A DNA stretch of 64,000 nt, taken from assembly GCA_963841565.1 (NCBI GenBank), contig CAWJCY010000009.1, positions 1 through 64,000 of the forward strand. Direction: 5' to 3'. The notes beneath the pieces were generated by a model. That model had not been told where the DNA came from. It worked only from the letters and a program-made list of their open reading frames with translations, and did no database searches. Each line of letters begins with the position of its first letter. Within the stretch, counting starts at the first letter, position 1. This DNA comes from an uncultured Nitrososphaerales archaeon. GTDB lineage: Archaea > Thermoproteota > Nitrososphaeria > Nitrososphaerales > Nitrososphaeraceae. The translations under genes were made by a program, and so were the position numbers. This document shows positions 45,749 through 56,823 of this stretch, piece after piece.

Positions 45749-45916
45749 GGCTTATTTTGTCAAAAGAGGTTCAAATTGGCGTTTTTTATTACAGTAGACT
45801 AATGTCGTAGAAATTGCTGCCAATAACTAACGATTGCTAAACTATTAAGATCGACTATAAGATTTTGCTTGAAATAGCGAAAATACCCTTCATCCATCAG
45901 TGGGGTCTGAAGTCTT

Positions 45917-46032
45917 ATCTCCTGCATGTAAGAGGCTCTTTTTGGCCAGTCCCGTATTTGGCCTTTCCTCTCTACCTCAATTGTGCTTCGGGGAACGGGA
46001 CCGAAACCCGCTGCACCATTTATGCAGGAGAC
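45917..46032 (-). ncRNA. candidate novel structured ncRNA: three-way junction with kissing loops
   Basis: 11-bp closing stem, two hairpins with complementary loops GUCCCGU/ACGGGAC; G-U pairs favour the minus strand. Confidence 0.6.
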
Positions 46033-46053
46033 TAAAATTATAAGCAAACTTTG

Positions 46054-46061
46054 TTTAATAA
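46054..46061 (-). promoter_or_regulatory. TATA box for the candidate ncRNA
   Basis: TTATTAAA on the minus strand, ending 21 nt before the 5' end of the stem; fits archaeal promoter spacing. Confidence 0.45.
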
Positions 46062-46237
46062 TGCTTACCCTGTCTGGATTTCTCCTATAATAATACGATA
46101 CCTTTGTGTCAGAAAATATATGAAACTGTTCTAATCCATTTTTTCTCGACATACTCTGAACTGTATGTACGAACAAATCTCAGACGAATTTGTTAAGCAT
46201 ATATAGCATAAATTCATAACTAACTACAGGAATTCCT

Positions 46238-46690
46238 ATGGTATTTCTTGGCAAAAGACATCTTCATCTCCCTGAAAGCGATCACATTGTAGACGGACTA
46301 ATTGGGCTATTGAGCTCAGCAAATTCAGGGTCTATAAAACTGGATTTTGCCAGCAAACCAGCTGCAGAAATCGGCATCTATGGTAAAGATAATCACGACA
46401 ATAGCAGCAAGAAGTGGATCAAAGTAGATCTGTTGGAACCAGGTCTTTTTAAGCTCCAAGATGACGATCTCAGTTTATTCGACAAATTGAGAAGTGCTAC
46501 AGAATTCGCTCAAAAATTGTCTGATAATATGCTAACCTTATCGTTATTAAGAAAGGGTAAAGAAGCAATCACATTGGGGGAAGGGGCTCATCCATCGTTT
46601 TCGAGACTAATCACGAGAAGCGATGATATTCAGGTAAATAGTTTGAAGGAATCAACCAAATTAAGGGAGGATTTCAAAGACGAAGATTAG
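46238..46690 (+). CDS. hypothetical protein
   Basis: 150 aa ORF with ATG start and AT-rich upstream sequence. Confidence 0.7.
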   Translation: MVFLGKRHLHLPESDHIVDGLIGLLSSANSGSIKLDFASKPAAEIGIYGKDNHDNSSKKWIKVDLLEPGLFKLQDDDLSLFDKLRSATEFAQKLSDNMLTLSLLRKGKEAITLGEGAHPSFSRLITRSDDIQVNSLKESTKLREDFKDED

Positions 46691-47354
46691 AGGATTCGAT
46701 CTCCTCTTGTTAGAAATTTAGAAATTTAGTGAAGTTTTGAATCCCACTACTATCGAATATGCTACTTTCTCTTTGATGAATACTTTATCGATGGAATGTT
46801 AAACAGACAATGCATATTCGGAGGCTGTGTGATGAAGTATAATCCTTCATAGAAAAAAATTAGATAGGTCATTTCTTGAACCTATGGCTAAGAGCTTTAG
46901 TTAATGAAATTATATCGATAATATTAAATGACTCATTTACAATAATAATAGTGAGATCGATAAATAGCCCGCTAAGGTTTCTCGTTGTTACCGATTGCTG
47001 ACCAATAACCATTGCAAGAAGTTAGAGTCCCAGCTGATTGTGATATTAGTTATACCAATTGAATATCCCATGGTCAATACTCTCTCATCTAGTGCAACAT
47101 CAATAATTTGTAACTACTTGCGATCGATTACTTGAATTGTATTGTAGAATAGTAAATGTCTCATGCTGGCCTTTGATCGATAACATCGTTGATATTGATC
47201 AGATAACGCAAAATTACTGCATTTAAAGACGCAAATGGATCAAATAGAATAGTTTTGTCAGATAGTGATGGTTGTCCATTATAGTTGCATTAATGTTCAA
47301 CTTCTAAAGTTAGAAAGGAGCCCAACATGGAGATTTATTTGTTCTTCACCAATA

Positions 47355-49277
47355 TTAATTTCCGCCGCCAAACATGTTTGCTATTGCTTGACCTAATTGT
47401 TCAAATGGATTTTGCCCTGGTGTTGGGCCTGATGTTGCTGCTGTTTGATTTTGTTGCGACTGCGGCTGTTCTGTTAGGTTGTTGCTAGACTGTACTGGTG
47501 CTGGCGCTGCTATTTCTGCTGTTTGATTTTGTTGCGACTGCGGCTGTTCTGTTAGGTTGTTGGTATTGTTCGACTGTACTGGTGTTGGGCCTGATGTTGC
47601 TGCTGTTTGATTTTGTTGCGACTGCGGCTGTTCTGTTAGGTTGTTGCTAGACTGTACTGGTGCTGGTGCAGCTATTGCTGTTTCATTGGTTTGCTCTGAC
47701 ACAACTACAGTGCCCCTTGCAATACCATTTCTAGTACGATCAACAGGAGGAGGCGTCTCTGATTTCTGATCAGGCTGAGACTGAAGGCCTGTAATGGTTA
47801 AAACTAATTGGTGCGTACCAGGGGCTGGGAACTTAATTGTCTGCGTATCCTCAGAATTCTTTGCAGTCAAGCCCTTCTTTTCAAAGACTTGTGTGCCATT
47901 ACTATCAAGTACTGAGAGGTCGTACAATACGTCTGCATTAAGAGGTCCTCCAGAAAACGCGTCAGTAAAATTGAACTTGGCAATTGATTCTGTATTTGCC
48001 CGAATAGGAGTTGGTGACCATAATACATTGGCATGAATTCCACCCGTGTCAGAGAGGAGATCGGTAGAGGTTGCACTCGTGGAGGAAGTAGGGGGCGCAG
48101 CTGCTGCCTGGCCCTGGGAGCTTGTGCCATTGGTCATACCGCTCGCAACAGTCGTCGGGGCTCCTGGCTGAGTGGTCCTAAGTGTAAATTCCATTATGCC
48201 ACTTACGTTCTGTTTGTTGGAAGCATCTCCCCCTCCAAGTGATACCGGCTGCATATTTGCGGTAGTGGTAGTAGAATTACTCTGACCCGTTGCAGTCGCA
48301 TTCCCGCCTCGTTGCTCCTGTTGCTGCCATTCGTTAGCAATTTTGATGACGTCGTTCTTATTGATTAGATAATGCAAAATTACAGCATCTGGAGATGTAA
48401 ATGGATCAATTGCAAGAGTTCTGCCAGATATTGGTTGTCCATTTACAGTTGCGTTAAATATGCTACTCCCAAACAGAGCCTTTGGCAACTTGATCTCTTC
48501 GTGGACAAAAATTGGATTCTTCTCCAGTCTTTGAACATCATAATAGAATGGCATAGACCAAGAGAACTCACCAGTGGTCGAATTAAAGTTGAAATCATCT
48601 ATCTTGTCGTAATAAGATATAAGGGTTGTATTAAATGGCTTTTCTTCGTAGGTCAAATTGTCAAAATTGAAGACATCACCTACGCTCAGGAAGGTTTCAA
48701 ATTTGGGAGCCTTGTCTGGAACAAAGATGTTTCTATCATTGTCAACTCCGAATATTTGAACATCAATTCTATACAATCCGCCCTCCTGCAAAATAGGTCC
48801 TCTCAAGTTTATGGTCCCGCCTGGATCCGCTACATATGCGGCTTGAAATGGGTCCCTATCCCCGAAAATGGTTAAGGAACCATTTGATGGCTCAACTTTG
48901 AGAGTCAATAATCCATTATGTGCGTGGAAAAAATCACGTACGAGTGGTTTCTCGCCTTCAACTGGGTTTGCACCTTTGCTAACGCTAATATCGTATGTTA
49001 CATGCTGGACTGTTTCATTAGTTTTGGCATCGAACAACCTAAATTGCAGATATGCATCTCCCCCTGTTGCGGTTGTATAAATTGGGGGACTAATCTTTAC
49101 GAACAGACTTCCTTCTCTATTTCCAAGACTTGCTGGGGGAAGGTTTTCTTGCGTCAGGCCATCACCATGAGCTTGCTGCGTAATTATATTTTCAAAGGCG
49201 AAAAGGATGATAGCAAATGTTAGAATATAGACGATTCCGAATTGTAAATTAGAAACTTTCATTCTGGGTAAATTCAA
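47355..49277 (-). CDS. large secreted/cell-surface protein with low-complexity repeat tail
   Basis: Signal peptide ending QAHGDG, RDFFHAHNG, many N-x-S/T sequons, Q/T/P-rich C-terminus. Confidence 0.85.
   Translation of the reverse strand: MNLPRMKVSNLQFGIVYILTFAIILFAFENIITQQAHGDGLTQENLPPASLGNREGSLFVKISPPIYTTATGGDAYLQFRLFDAKTNETVQHVTYDISVSKGANPVEGEKPLVRDFFHAHNGLLTLKVEPSNGSLTIFGDRDPFQAAYVADPGGTINLRGPILQEGGLYRIDVQIFGVDNDRNIFVPDKAPKFETFLSVGDVFNFDNLTYEEKPFNTTLISYYDKIDDFNFNSTTGEFSWSMPFYYDVQRLEKNPIFVHEEIKLPKALFGSSIFNATVNGQPISGRTLAIDPFTSPDAVILHYLINKNDVIKIANEWQQQEQRGGNATATGQSNSTTTTANMQPVSLGGGDASNKQNVSGIMEFTLRTTQPGAPTTVASGMTNGTSSQGQAAAAPPTSSTSATSTDLLSDTGGIHANVLWSPTPIRANTESIAKFNFTDAFSGGPLNADVLYDLSVLDSNGTQVFEKKGLTAKNSEDTQTIKFPAPGTHQLVLTITGLQSQPDQKSETPPPVDRTRNGIARGTVVVSEQTNETAIAAPAPVQSSNNLTEQPQSQQNQTAATSGPTPVQSNNTNNLTEQPQSQQNQTAEIAAPAPVQSSNNLTEQPQSQQNQTAATSGPTPGQNPFEQLGQAIANMFGGGN
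47417..47666. repeat. intragenic tandem repeat (3 x NNLTEQPQSQQNQTA; 162-nt higher-order period)
   Basis: gctgtttgattttgttgcgactgcggctgttctgttaggttgttg occurs three times, at about 47440, 47518 and 47602. Confidence 0.9.
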
Positions 49278-49611
49278 TTGTGCTGCATAAACCTTCCCAA
49301 ATTCCCTATTTAATTATTACATTTTGGAGATTATTCCTCCAATTTTTTGCCACTAATTTGTGAACATTGTGTTCATGCTCGCGCTATGTATCAGTTTACG
49401 ACTTTCAAATATTCAAGCATGTTACCTTACTTAGTGATCTGTCGTTGCTTTTTAGAACTCATACCGAATAAGATGCTATTTTCGTCATATAATAATCAAG
49501 TAAGAAAAAAGCAATTATCGTATCGCTCAATTAATAAAATAATCGTTGATTATGGAACAAAATTATTAAGGATATCCTATATCATAATCTCCTAGTAATT
49601 GCATTTGCTCG

Positions 49612-50130
49612 TTACTTAATTTGACTACAATTACGCAGAAGTATGTCCTTGATCTCCTCGTCATCCCCGAGCAGGGCATTGACATATCTGTTTCTGTCAT
49701 CAAATGGTATTCCCTCCTCGATAAAGGCAGATTCTAAAGAATCGAGCGCCAAAAGTTTCCATCTATTCTGAATTGCAATATCTATTGTATTGAATTTCAT
49801 AAAAGTATTCTTCTAAGCGAGAAGAGAATAAATCTTGCATTTCCTATAAATGAGGCCTGATGAGCGTAAACGAGTGATACGGCTGTAATATTGGCACGGT
49901 GTTTGATTTATTTTTGACATAAGAATCAGATTCTCATCAATAGATATGTCTCTTTTTAGATGGAATTTGGAGATGTGGCCAGGTTAGTTAAAAGACAGGG
50001 ACTTCTCGTCTGAAATGGCACAAAGAATCTTCGCAACTGATAGACAATCTGACCCCGATTGATGGCATTCTTCATCGATGTTACTTTTCTCAGATTTCAG
50101 ATAAGGTGTTTGTTATTCTCTTACTTTCAT
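49612..50130 (-). pseudogene. degraded wHTH regulator, paralogue of the N-terminal part of 15254-16424
   Basis: Fragments SVAKILCAISDEKSL, QYYSRITRLRSSGLIYRK and IAIQNRWKLLALDSL are separated by stops and shifts. Confidence 0.6.
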
Positions 50131-50520
50131 GAGTCATATAGCTTTGCCTATACGGGTAACCATCCACATGTAAGATAACTATGGCATACATATACTCTGT
50201 GAGACAGTTGGAGAAATTCGTTCATTAAGGCGGATTGACACCAAATATTTCAGTCATTCTACTTAACAAGGCGATTTATATGTTAAAGCCTCAAAATAAC
50301 CTGTCCTAGTTCAATCCAATACCGTACCTTGTTTCGGGATTGGGTTCATCTGAAGTCTGAGACATCACTTTCATAATTGTTGCTGGACTTACTAATTGCA
50401 ATTAACCCTTTCAGGTCCAAGGTTGTATTACGAACAGCTATTCACCATGAATATGGTATCCCCCCATTCCCGTCAGCGGACTTCAGTTCTTAAATCATTT
50501 GGTTATGAAATACCCTTGTC

Positions 50521-51486
50521 ATGAATACTTGGTACTCCAATATGGCACCAAAGCTCGAGACTAAGAGTTCAAAATCATTAATTCATCCGTTTATAGTTAA
50601 GGAGCATAAGGGTCTGACAATAAACCCATATCAAGGATGCCAGCATCGATGCGGATATTGTTACGCAACTTATGAATGGTCACCTGATTTTTATGACAAA
50701 ATATATGCAAAAAGCAATGCCCCTGAAATTCTAGAACGCCAGCTCAAGTCATCTAAATTCAAGAGTATTGAACCTATCATGGTATCGTCCGCAACTGACC
50801 CATATCAGCCGGCAGAAGTAAGGTACGGACTTACGCGTAGATGTATCCAAGTGCTGCAGAAATACAAAGCACCATACTATGTGTTCACTAAATCAACTAA
50901 CATACTTAGGGATTTGGATCTGCACAAGGGATACAGAGACAAATGTTTTTTGGTGTGGTCCATTACTACTTGTGACGAGAAAATAAGACGCCTAATTGAA
51001 CCTGGAACGCCTCCATCAGATGCCATTTTTAGCGCAATTAGAAAATTCATTGAAGCTGGGGTATGCTGCGTAGTAAATATCGATCCAATACTGCCTCTAA
51101 TCACCGATTCTGAAGTTCATTTAGATGAGATACTAGACGCGTGTAGTGACAATAGAGTTAGACACGTTTTTGGAGCAGTACTGAGACTCAGAGCGGATAT
51201 TTGGGAAAGGATGAAGACAGTATTAGTATCACTAGATATCCCTGAGGGAATTCGCAATTACCAGAAATCCATTTTTCAATTTTTAGAGCCTATTCGACCC
51301 GGAGTTAATATTGGATCATCTAAATCATATGAGAATAGGATAATTGATATACTAAAATATAGAATCAAGTGCAAAGGCATGATAGCCGAATTTCCCACAT
51401 TCCTTTGGAATATGCATAATACACCTGATCAACGTCCAAGTATGACAAATAGTGGGCACCAACTTACATTAATGAAATATGTATAA
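50521..51486 (+). CDS. radical SAM protein, spore photoproduct lyase/Rv2578c-like
   Basis: INPYQGCQHRCGYCYA, SSATDPYQPAE, TKS, IEPGTP, PILPLITD. Confidence 0.9.
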   Translation: MNTWYSNMAPKLETKSSKSLIHPFIVKEHKGLTINPYQGCQHRCGYCYATYEWSPDFYDKIYAKSNAPEILERQLKSSKFKSIEPIMVSSATDPYQPAEVRYGLTRRCIQVLQKYKAPYYVFTKSTNILRDLDLHKGYRDKCFLVWSITTCDEKIRRLIEPGTPPSDAIFSAIRKFIEAGVCCVVNIDPILPLITDSEVHLDEILDACSDNRVRHVFGAVLRLRADIWERMKTVLVSLDIPEGIRNYQKSIFQFLEPIRPGVNIGSSKSYENRIIDILKYRIKCKGMIAEFPTFLWNMHNTPDQRPSMTNSGHQLTLMKYV

Positions 51487-51765
51487 TGTCAATTCGGCAA
51501 GTATTGGAACTACTATACATTAATAAAACATGTAGTAGATCTCAGTTCAAGCTAACAACAATCAACAGGCAGTTCCATTAGAACCAGTTCTAGTTTACCG
51601 TAGTATACTATTTTATGCAATAGTAGAAGAGGATCATGGTTAGCTAGATACTACGCTTAGCAAAACAATTTGGGCCATTAACTCAAATTATAGTTCGGTT
51701 ACCAAAAGAACGTGAATTCCGTTATTGGTTGCATATCCTTGATAGTATAACCATTATATAATATA

Positions 51766-52032
51766 GTGCTCTATGCGGTTATGATGAAGAGTGAGTATTT
51801 TGCAGCAGTAACCGTTGCAGTAATTGCAACAATTTTGACAATGGGATTTACGTCAACTATCTATGGCCAAGCAAACATGACAGGAGGAAGCATGGCAGGA
51901 GGGAACATGACAGGAGGAAACATGACGGCTGGTAACGCAACCACTGCCAGTGGAGGAGACGGTGGAGACAACGGAGATGATGATAATGGAGACGATAACG
52001 GAGATGACGGTGAAGGCGGAGGATCCAACTAG
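51766..52032 (+). CDS. small secreted Gly/Asp-rich protein with GGNMT repeats
   Basis: Signal peptide, ANMTGGSMAGGNMTGGNMTAGNAT, acidic GDD tail. Confidence 0.75.
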   Translation: MLYAVMMKSEYFAAVTVAVIATILTMGFTSTIYGQANMTGGSMAGGNMTGGNMTAGNATTASGGDGGDNGDDDNGDDNGDDGEGGGSN

Positions 52033-52271
52033 CCTATCTGAATAGTTTTTTGTCCTCAGATTTTGAGGAATATAATTTCAGACTCAGAAAACCATATTAT
52101 TTATTTATTGTTTTACACTTATTTCAATCATGCATGGTTTTTTCTCGCCAGATAAAGACTAATGAAAGTATGCTGAATTCTCCTTGACTTTAATTACGAT
52201 ACAAAATAACAACCACCAATCCTTGTAAAAAAAGGCGGTTCTTGAATGTGGATCTTGAATATAGTAAATGA

Positions 52272-52436
52272 TCATCCATCCCTAGAAATCTTCCGGGCAG
52301 CCTTCTGCCTAGAATTTTCCATTTCCCTAATCGAATCAGGTATGTCGTCGCTTCTTGGTTCTTCTCCCAATTGACCACTCGTTGCATCGTTTAATGCTTG
52401 ATCTCGTTTGAATGGGTTCTTTTTTTCGGTACTCAT
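52272..52436 (-). CDS. small hydrophilic hypothetical protein
   Basis: MSTEKKNPFKRDQALNDATSGQLGEEPRSDDIP..., 54 aa. Confidence 0.55.
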   Translation of the reverse strand: MSTEKKNPFKRDQALNDATSGQLGEEPRSDDIPDSIREMENSRQKAARKISRDG

Positions 52437-53182
52437 TTCTCTAAAAGCATTATAGATAGCATGACTAATAGGTATTTGCAAGCTAGTGCAGGAATCTAAC
52501 TAAAACCATAATAAAATCCTTAGATGACCTTGGATTTCCAAAGAGTAAAATATTCCTAAATAAGGCTATACGGGATTGTCAATCTATCTATTAGCACTAT
52601 CTACTTTAGCACTCCTATTTTTTTCCTTCGATCTTCAATGAGGTATGTATAGTAATGATGGTGAAGTTAGAATAGCATATCGCAAACAGCAAATATGGCA
52701 CCATAGCAATTCAAATGTATAAGCGCACATCCTATGTACCTATACACGATGAGGTGAGATCTGGTTGGCTACAGATAGAATAGAAAGAACTTATGAGGCT
52801 ACAACTATCTTATTGGTGTTACTCGTTACCTGTACCATAGGTTGTATGATAGAGTACTTTAGATACCTACCAATTCCAATATATCTTGCGCTTTTTGTGA
52901 TTGCCAGTTTTACCCTCATAAGCTGGCACTATAAATGGTAGAGTCCAAGAGCAGGTAAAGTGGATATCAGTATTTAACGGCCTATCTCATTCATGATTTA
53001 ACTCTCTTAATTCGTAAAACTGTTGGAGTTAGGCTATAATATTAGTGAGTCAAGTTAAACATTGGTGTTATCTATGTATTATGAGACACATGCAGATCTC
53101 CTTCATTGTCAAATCCTTGTTGTCATACATGGTAAGCATAATTATCACTAGTAGCTTGAGAATTTAAGAAAGTCTTTTAAGA

Positions 53183-53563
53183 GTGAGTTACTTATCCTCA
53201 AATATGATAACCGATTATGGACACATACACAATCAAATAATGAAGCTTGATCCCAGTATCCGATTAGTTACCATATGCACCAACGATGGACAGATAATGT
53301 ATTCTGATCATCGTGAAGGTGTAAAGAACTTACTGACTCAGGACGAAAGCAAGAGATCCCTAGAGTTAGCGGTAAATGCTTGGAAGGTACGTAGTGAACT
53401 GGGTCATAAAATCGGAAAAGGAAAGTACGTATTGGCAGAGTACGAACGAATAAAACGGATTACAATGCCGTTGAATGATGACAAACATTTAGTGTACATT
53501 ACAACTGAGATACCCTCTGAGCATGAAAAAATCATCGAAGGTGTCAGACAATTAAAATTGTAA
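53183..53563 (+). CDS. DUF6659-like (profilin/roadblock-fold) thaumarchaeal protein
   Basis: IMKLDPSIRLVTI...REGVKNLL...KIGKGKYVLAEYERIKRITMPL. Confidence 0.75.
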   Translation: MSYLSSNMITDYGHIHNQIMKLDPSIRLVTICTNDGQIMYSDHREGVKNLLTQDESKRSLELAVNAWKVRSELGHKIGKGKYVLAEYERIKRITMPLNDDKHLVYITTEIPSEHEKIIEGVRQLKL

Positions 53564-53775
53564 AAGACTAACGTCTATTAAGTGGATCGGAGAAATTTCA
53601 ATGTTTTGCATAATGTAGCACGAAAGATGATTATTATTAGAGTATTATAATGATCAAAATGCACTGTGCAGTTGAAATGATCAGACAATTTAAGATGCCT
53701 CTTTTAGCCCACAATAGATTTGTCTTAATATGCTAAATTTTTGTACTAGCCGGTGATTATAGAACCCAATTTATA

Positions 53776-54253
53776 CTATACTACTGAAACAAAATTAACC
53801 TTCAAACTTTTTATTCCACGATTTTCAGAAATATGCTTTGCTAAATCCCTTATTCTCTTGATACTTCCCTTAACCATGATCGTCTCAAGACAGTTATCAT
53901 TTGCAAGATGAAGGTGAATTGACGCACTTATGATATCAGCATACTTGTGTTGAATGTGTACTGATTTCTTATCCTGATTGTATATGTGATTATTGTATAA
54001 CATTACAATAGCCCCCGCACCGTCTGCCTTATCATCGCTTTTCCATGTGTATTCGTCCACCAAATAGTGCATGGCTCGCTTGCAATGCCTTTGATCTATC
54101 GGTATAACCTGTCTTAACCATACTCTCGTCAAATTTTGATAGTAGGTCTGACGGTAACGATATACTAACTCTACTTAATGATGCATTTTTCCTTCGGTAA
54201 GGATTGGTAGAAGAACGGTGTTCCGTATGATGACGAAGACTACTAGGAGTCAA
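53776..54253 (-). pseudogene. nikR: nickel-responsive regulator NikR, frameshifted near 54080
   Basis: RVSISLPSDLLSKFD...GYTDRSKA (RHH) in one frame; IQHKY...SIHLHL...CLE (Ni site) in another. Confidence 0.85.
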
Positions 54254-55015
54254 ATAATGATGAAATATGGATTATCTATCTTAATAATATTTCTTCAAAG
54301 ACCTGCCCGTTATATCTTTGAGTGAGGTCTATTTTGAATAATAAATCCACCAGAAATGAATCGCTTTGGTGAGCTTTGCTAGTCCTTAGCAGGCTCTCAT
54401 AGAATTCATTGGACGGGTTAGAATTATTGAAAACTGCATTCGTTAATTCTCATTTGTTGGCCTGTTGATGTAGTACCCATATTTACTTTATTTTTCCAAA
54501 GTAGAGGATGAGAAGATTCATTTTTCATTTCTTTCTTTTTATTGTAACAAGAATCATTCCTTACACTCTGTAAAATTGGTAATAGCAATATTGTATCGAT
54601 CCAATTTCAATAAGTCTATCAGTCCTAAGGCAGGTTTTCAAACTTCGACTAATTACTTCAATTTTTTACTAGTGCTGCATTCAAACTATAAGATTAGTGC
54701 ATGACATTAAAATTCCAAATTAAAGAGGTGAACTATTTTGAGATTGTACTATTATATAATGAGTCTATGCGATTCCTTGTCTAAACTGTTCATTTATGAT
54801 AACTTTGCTCATGTCTTACTTCCATCCAAGAAAGACGGTCATCAGTAGAAGTTATATAATTGGGTATTGTTCCTCAAATAGGAAAGTGAATGGTATGTTT
54901 GAGGCTTTATCACTCAGGGGAGGAACGTCTAATCACCTGATGGCCTTTCATGAATGGAGTACGTTCCTTTTGCTAGGATCAGGAGTTACTTTGCTCTGTT
55001 CTGCTTCGACAGATA

Positions 55016-55309
55016 TCAGTTATTGACGATATTGTCTAAATCATAATATGCTGTCAAATATTGAATGCCTTTTTCAGTAACCATATATTTTTTTGTACCC
55101 ACATCATGTTCTACCATCCGACCCTGAAGTAATTCTATCAAATAGTGCCGGGCTTGGTCATATGAAAGATACACCTCATACATCACATTCAAAGTGGTAG
55201 CACCACCTCTTGCACCCAGCGTTCCATAGGCTCGAATTGCTTCTAGTATCAATGCCTTGTTTTCAATGTGTTTTCTCGCTATCTTCGGGCTCCGGTTAAG
55301 CAACACCAA
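55016..55309 (-). CDS. winged helix-turn-helix protein
   Basis: VMYEVYLSYDQARHYLIELL...YMVTEKGIQYL. Confidence 0.85.
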   Translation of the reverse strand: MVLLNRSPKIARKHIENKALILEAIRAYGTLGARGGATTLNVMYEVYLSYDQARHYLIELLQGRMVEHDVGTKKYMVTEKGIQYLTAYYDLDNIVNN

Positions 55310-55910
55310 ACAAATGGGACAATGGTATTTATGAGGACCTTCAGTTATTGTAGAAACTTAATTGAATCGCTATTTGTGATTAGTAAATGACCCAAATAAG
55401 GATCAGAGTATTTAGTTTAAACAATCTGCAGAGAATCAGTTACGTGAGGTTAGACTAGGAGATTTTGTATAGCTTGATGCTAGTAAAAATGCTCATAAAA
55501 CGAAAGTATAATTGCACACATTCACTGAGCTCTAAGCCAGTGGACCAGTGTCTACTTGTCACTCATGATATTGAAGAGACTCAAATACTCTTGCACCTAA
55601 ATTACAAAAATTGCTTGGACCTGGTCATTCATTGATCCCGTGGAATTCGGTCCCATTTTGGAAATTCTTCTCAAATCTAGATCTGCAAAATATCTTTAAA
55701 AGCATTTGTTAAAGTCAATTTTGCCCAGGTGAAATATACACCTCAATCGCAGAATCGTATCCTTTTATGATAATTTGAGTAATGAATGAGAGTCACAGGT
55801 CCAGTCAGTTCAATTAAGTTGATTAATATTTTGTTGAATGATCTATTACGCAAGGTAAAAAATCTTACACTAATTACTTTTAGAGAAATGTTCTATAATT
55901 CCAATAGCTT

Positions 55911-56222
55911 ATGCCAAAAAGTATTCAGATCAAGCGCTCCAGTGTAAATTCTGAAATAAGTGCGTGGCACATACTAACGCTTGATGATTTCGCCAGATAT
56001 AACCAGAGTGTAAAAAACGCCAACCGAGAGCTTATTAAATCTGTCTACTCAGTCATCGAGAAGCAAAGCGGACAAGTTACCACTAGGCATATTGAAAAAG
56101 AAGTAGGGCTAGATATAGGAACTGTGCGTTATGCTATTAAATACCTTACAAAGGAAGGGAAGATCCAGCGAGTTAAGGGATTAGGAACTCATAAGGTAGA
56201 ATTCTATTACAAAGTCTGCTAG
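55911..56222 (+). CDS. winged helix-turn-helix protein
   Basis: VTTRHIEKEVGLDIGTVRYAIKYLTKEGKIQR. Confidence 0.8.
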   Translation: MPKSIQIKRSSVNSEISAWHILTLDDFARYNQSVKNANRELIKSVYSVIEKQSGQVTTRHIEKEVGLDIGTVRYAIKYLTKEGKIQRVKGLGTHKVEFYYKVC

Positions 56223-56823
56223 TCTGTAGGTCGCTAAGAATGCGGAAGCATATACATCTTCGGAACGACTAATTGATATCTTTGGGAGTTCGTAGGTTTT
56301 GCTCTGACATAGCGAGCTTTGGCAGTAGAGATGATGCCAATAAAAAGCGGAGCAGTGATTTCGCTCGCCTATCCCAGTACAAATCGTTCTACTAAAATTC
56401 TTGACATTAATAATTTAGCAATACTGCCCGGAAAATTCATTTTTCAAAACCTCAAACAGATTGCATATAGTGATATCCTGAGGCTAGTCCTAGCAGATTA
56501 TCTTTGTTTTCAGCCTTTTAGATCAACCAGTATTAAACCATACTGAATTGCTGCCCCTTCATCGTTCCATTGGTCACCTATTTGAATTGTAGAATGATCC
56601 GTAGAATATGATGCAATAATGATCATCAGGCAAAAAAGTATTCCAAGCGCTAACACTATCATTGCTTCCTTGTCTTGACTCATTCAAATCAATTTCCCTG
56701 TTTGTGAAGTGTAATATCTAGGAGGTTAATATAAAACGATCCTTCAATTATGCACAAATCATTTCCAATTTACCATTAAATGTATCTTAGAACGCTTTTA
56801 TCTTAGAAAAGTAATTCTCTTGT

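Noticed and set aside
45944-46001. HDV-like ribozyme reading of GGCCA-GUCCCGU...ACGGGAC on the + strand
   Set aside because: No room for P3/L3 between the P2 5' strand and the P1 3' strand, and no CGAA-type J4/2
45799-46176. 125-aa minus-strand ORF covering the structured RNA
   Set aside because: TTG start and no motif; the sequence is better explained by RNA structure
47417-47666. CRISPR-like repeat-spacer appearance
   Set aside because: In-frame coding repeat, the spacers themselves repeat, and no cas genes are present
49857-49885. CTGATGAG hammerhead-like core
   Set aside because: No downstream GAAA core; it is the antisense of a pseudogene
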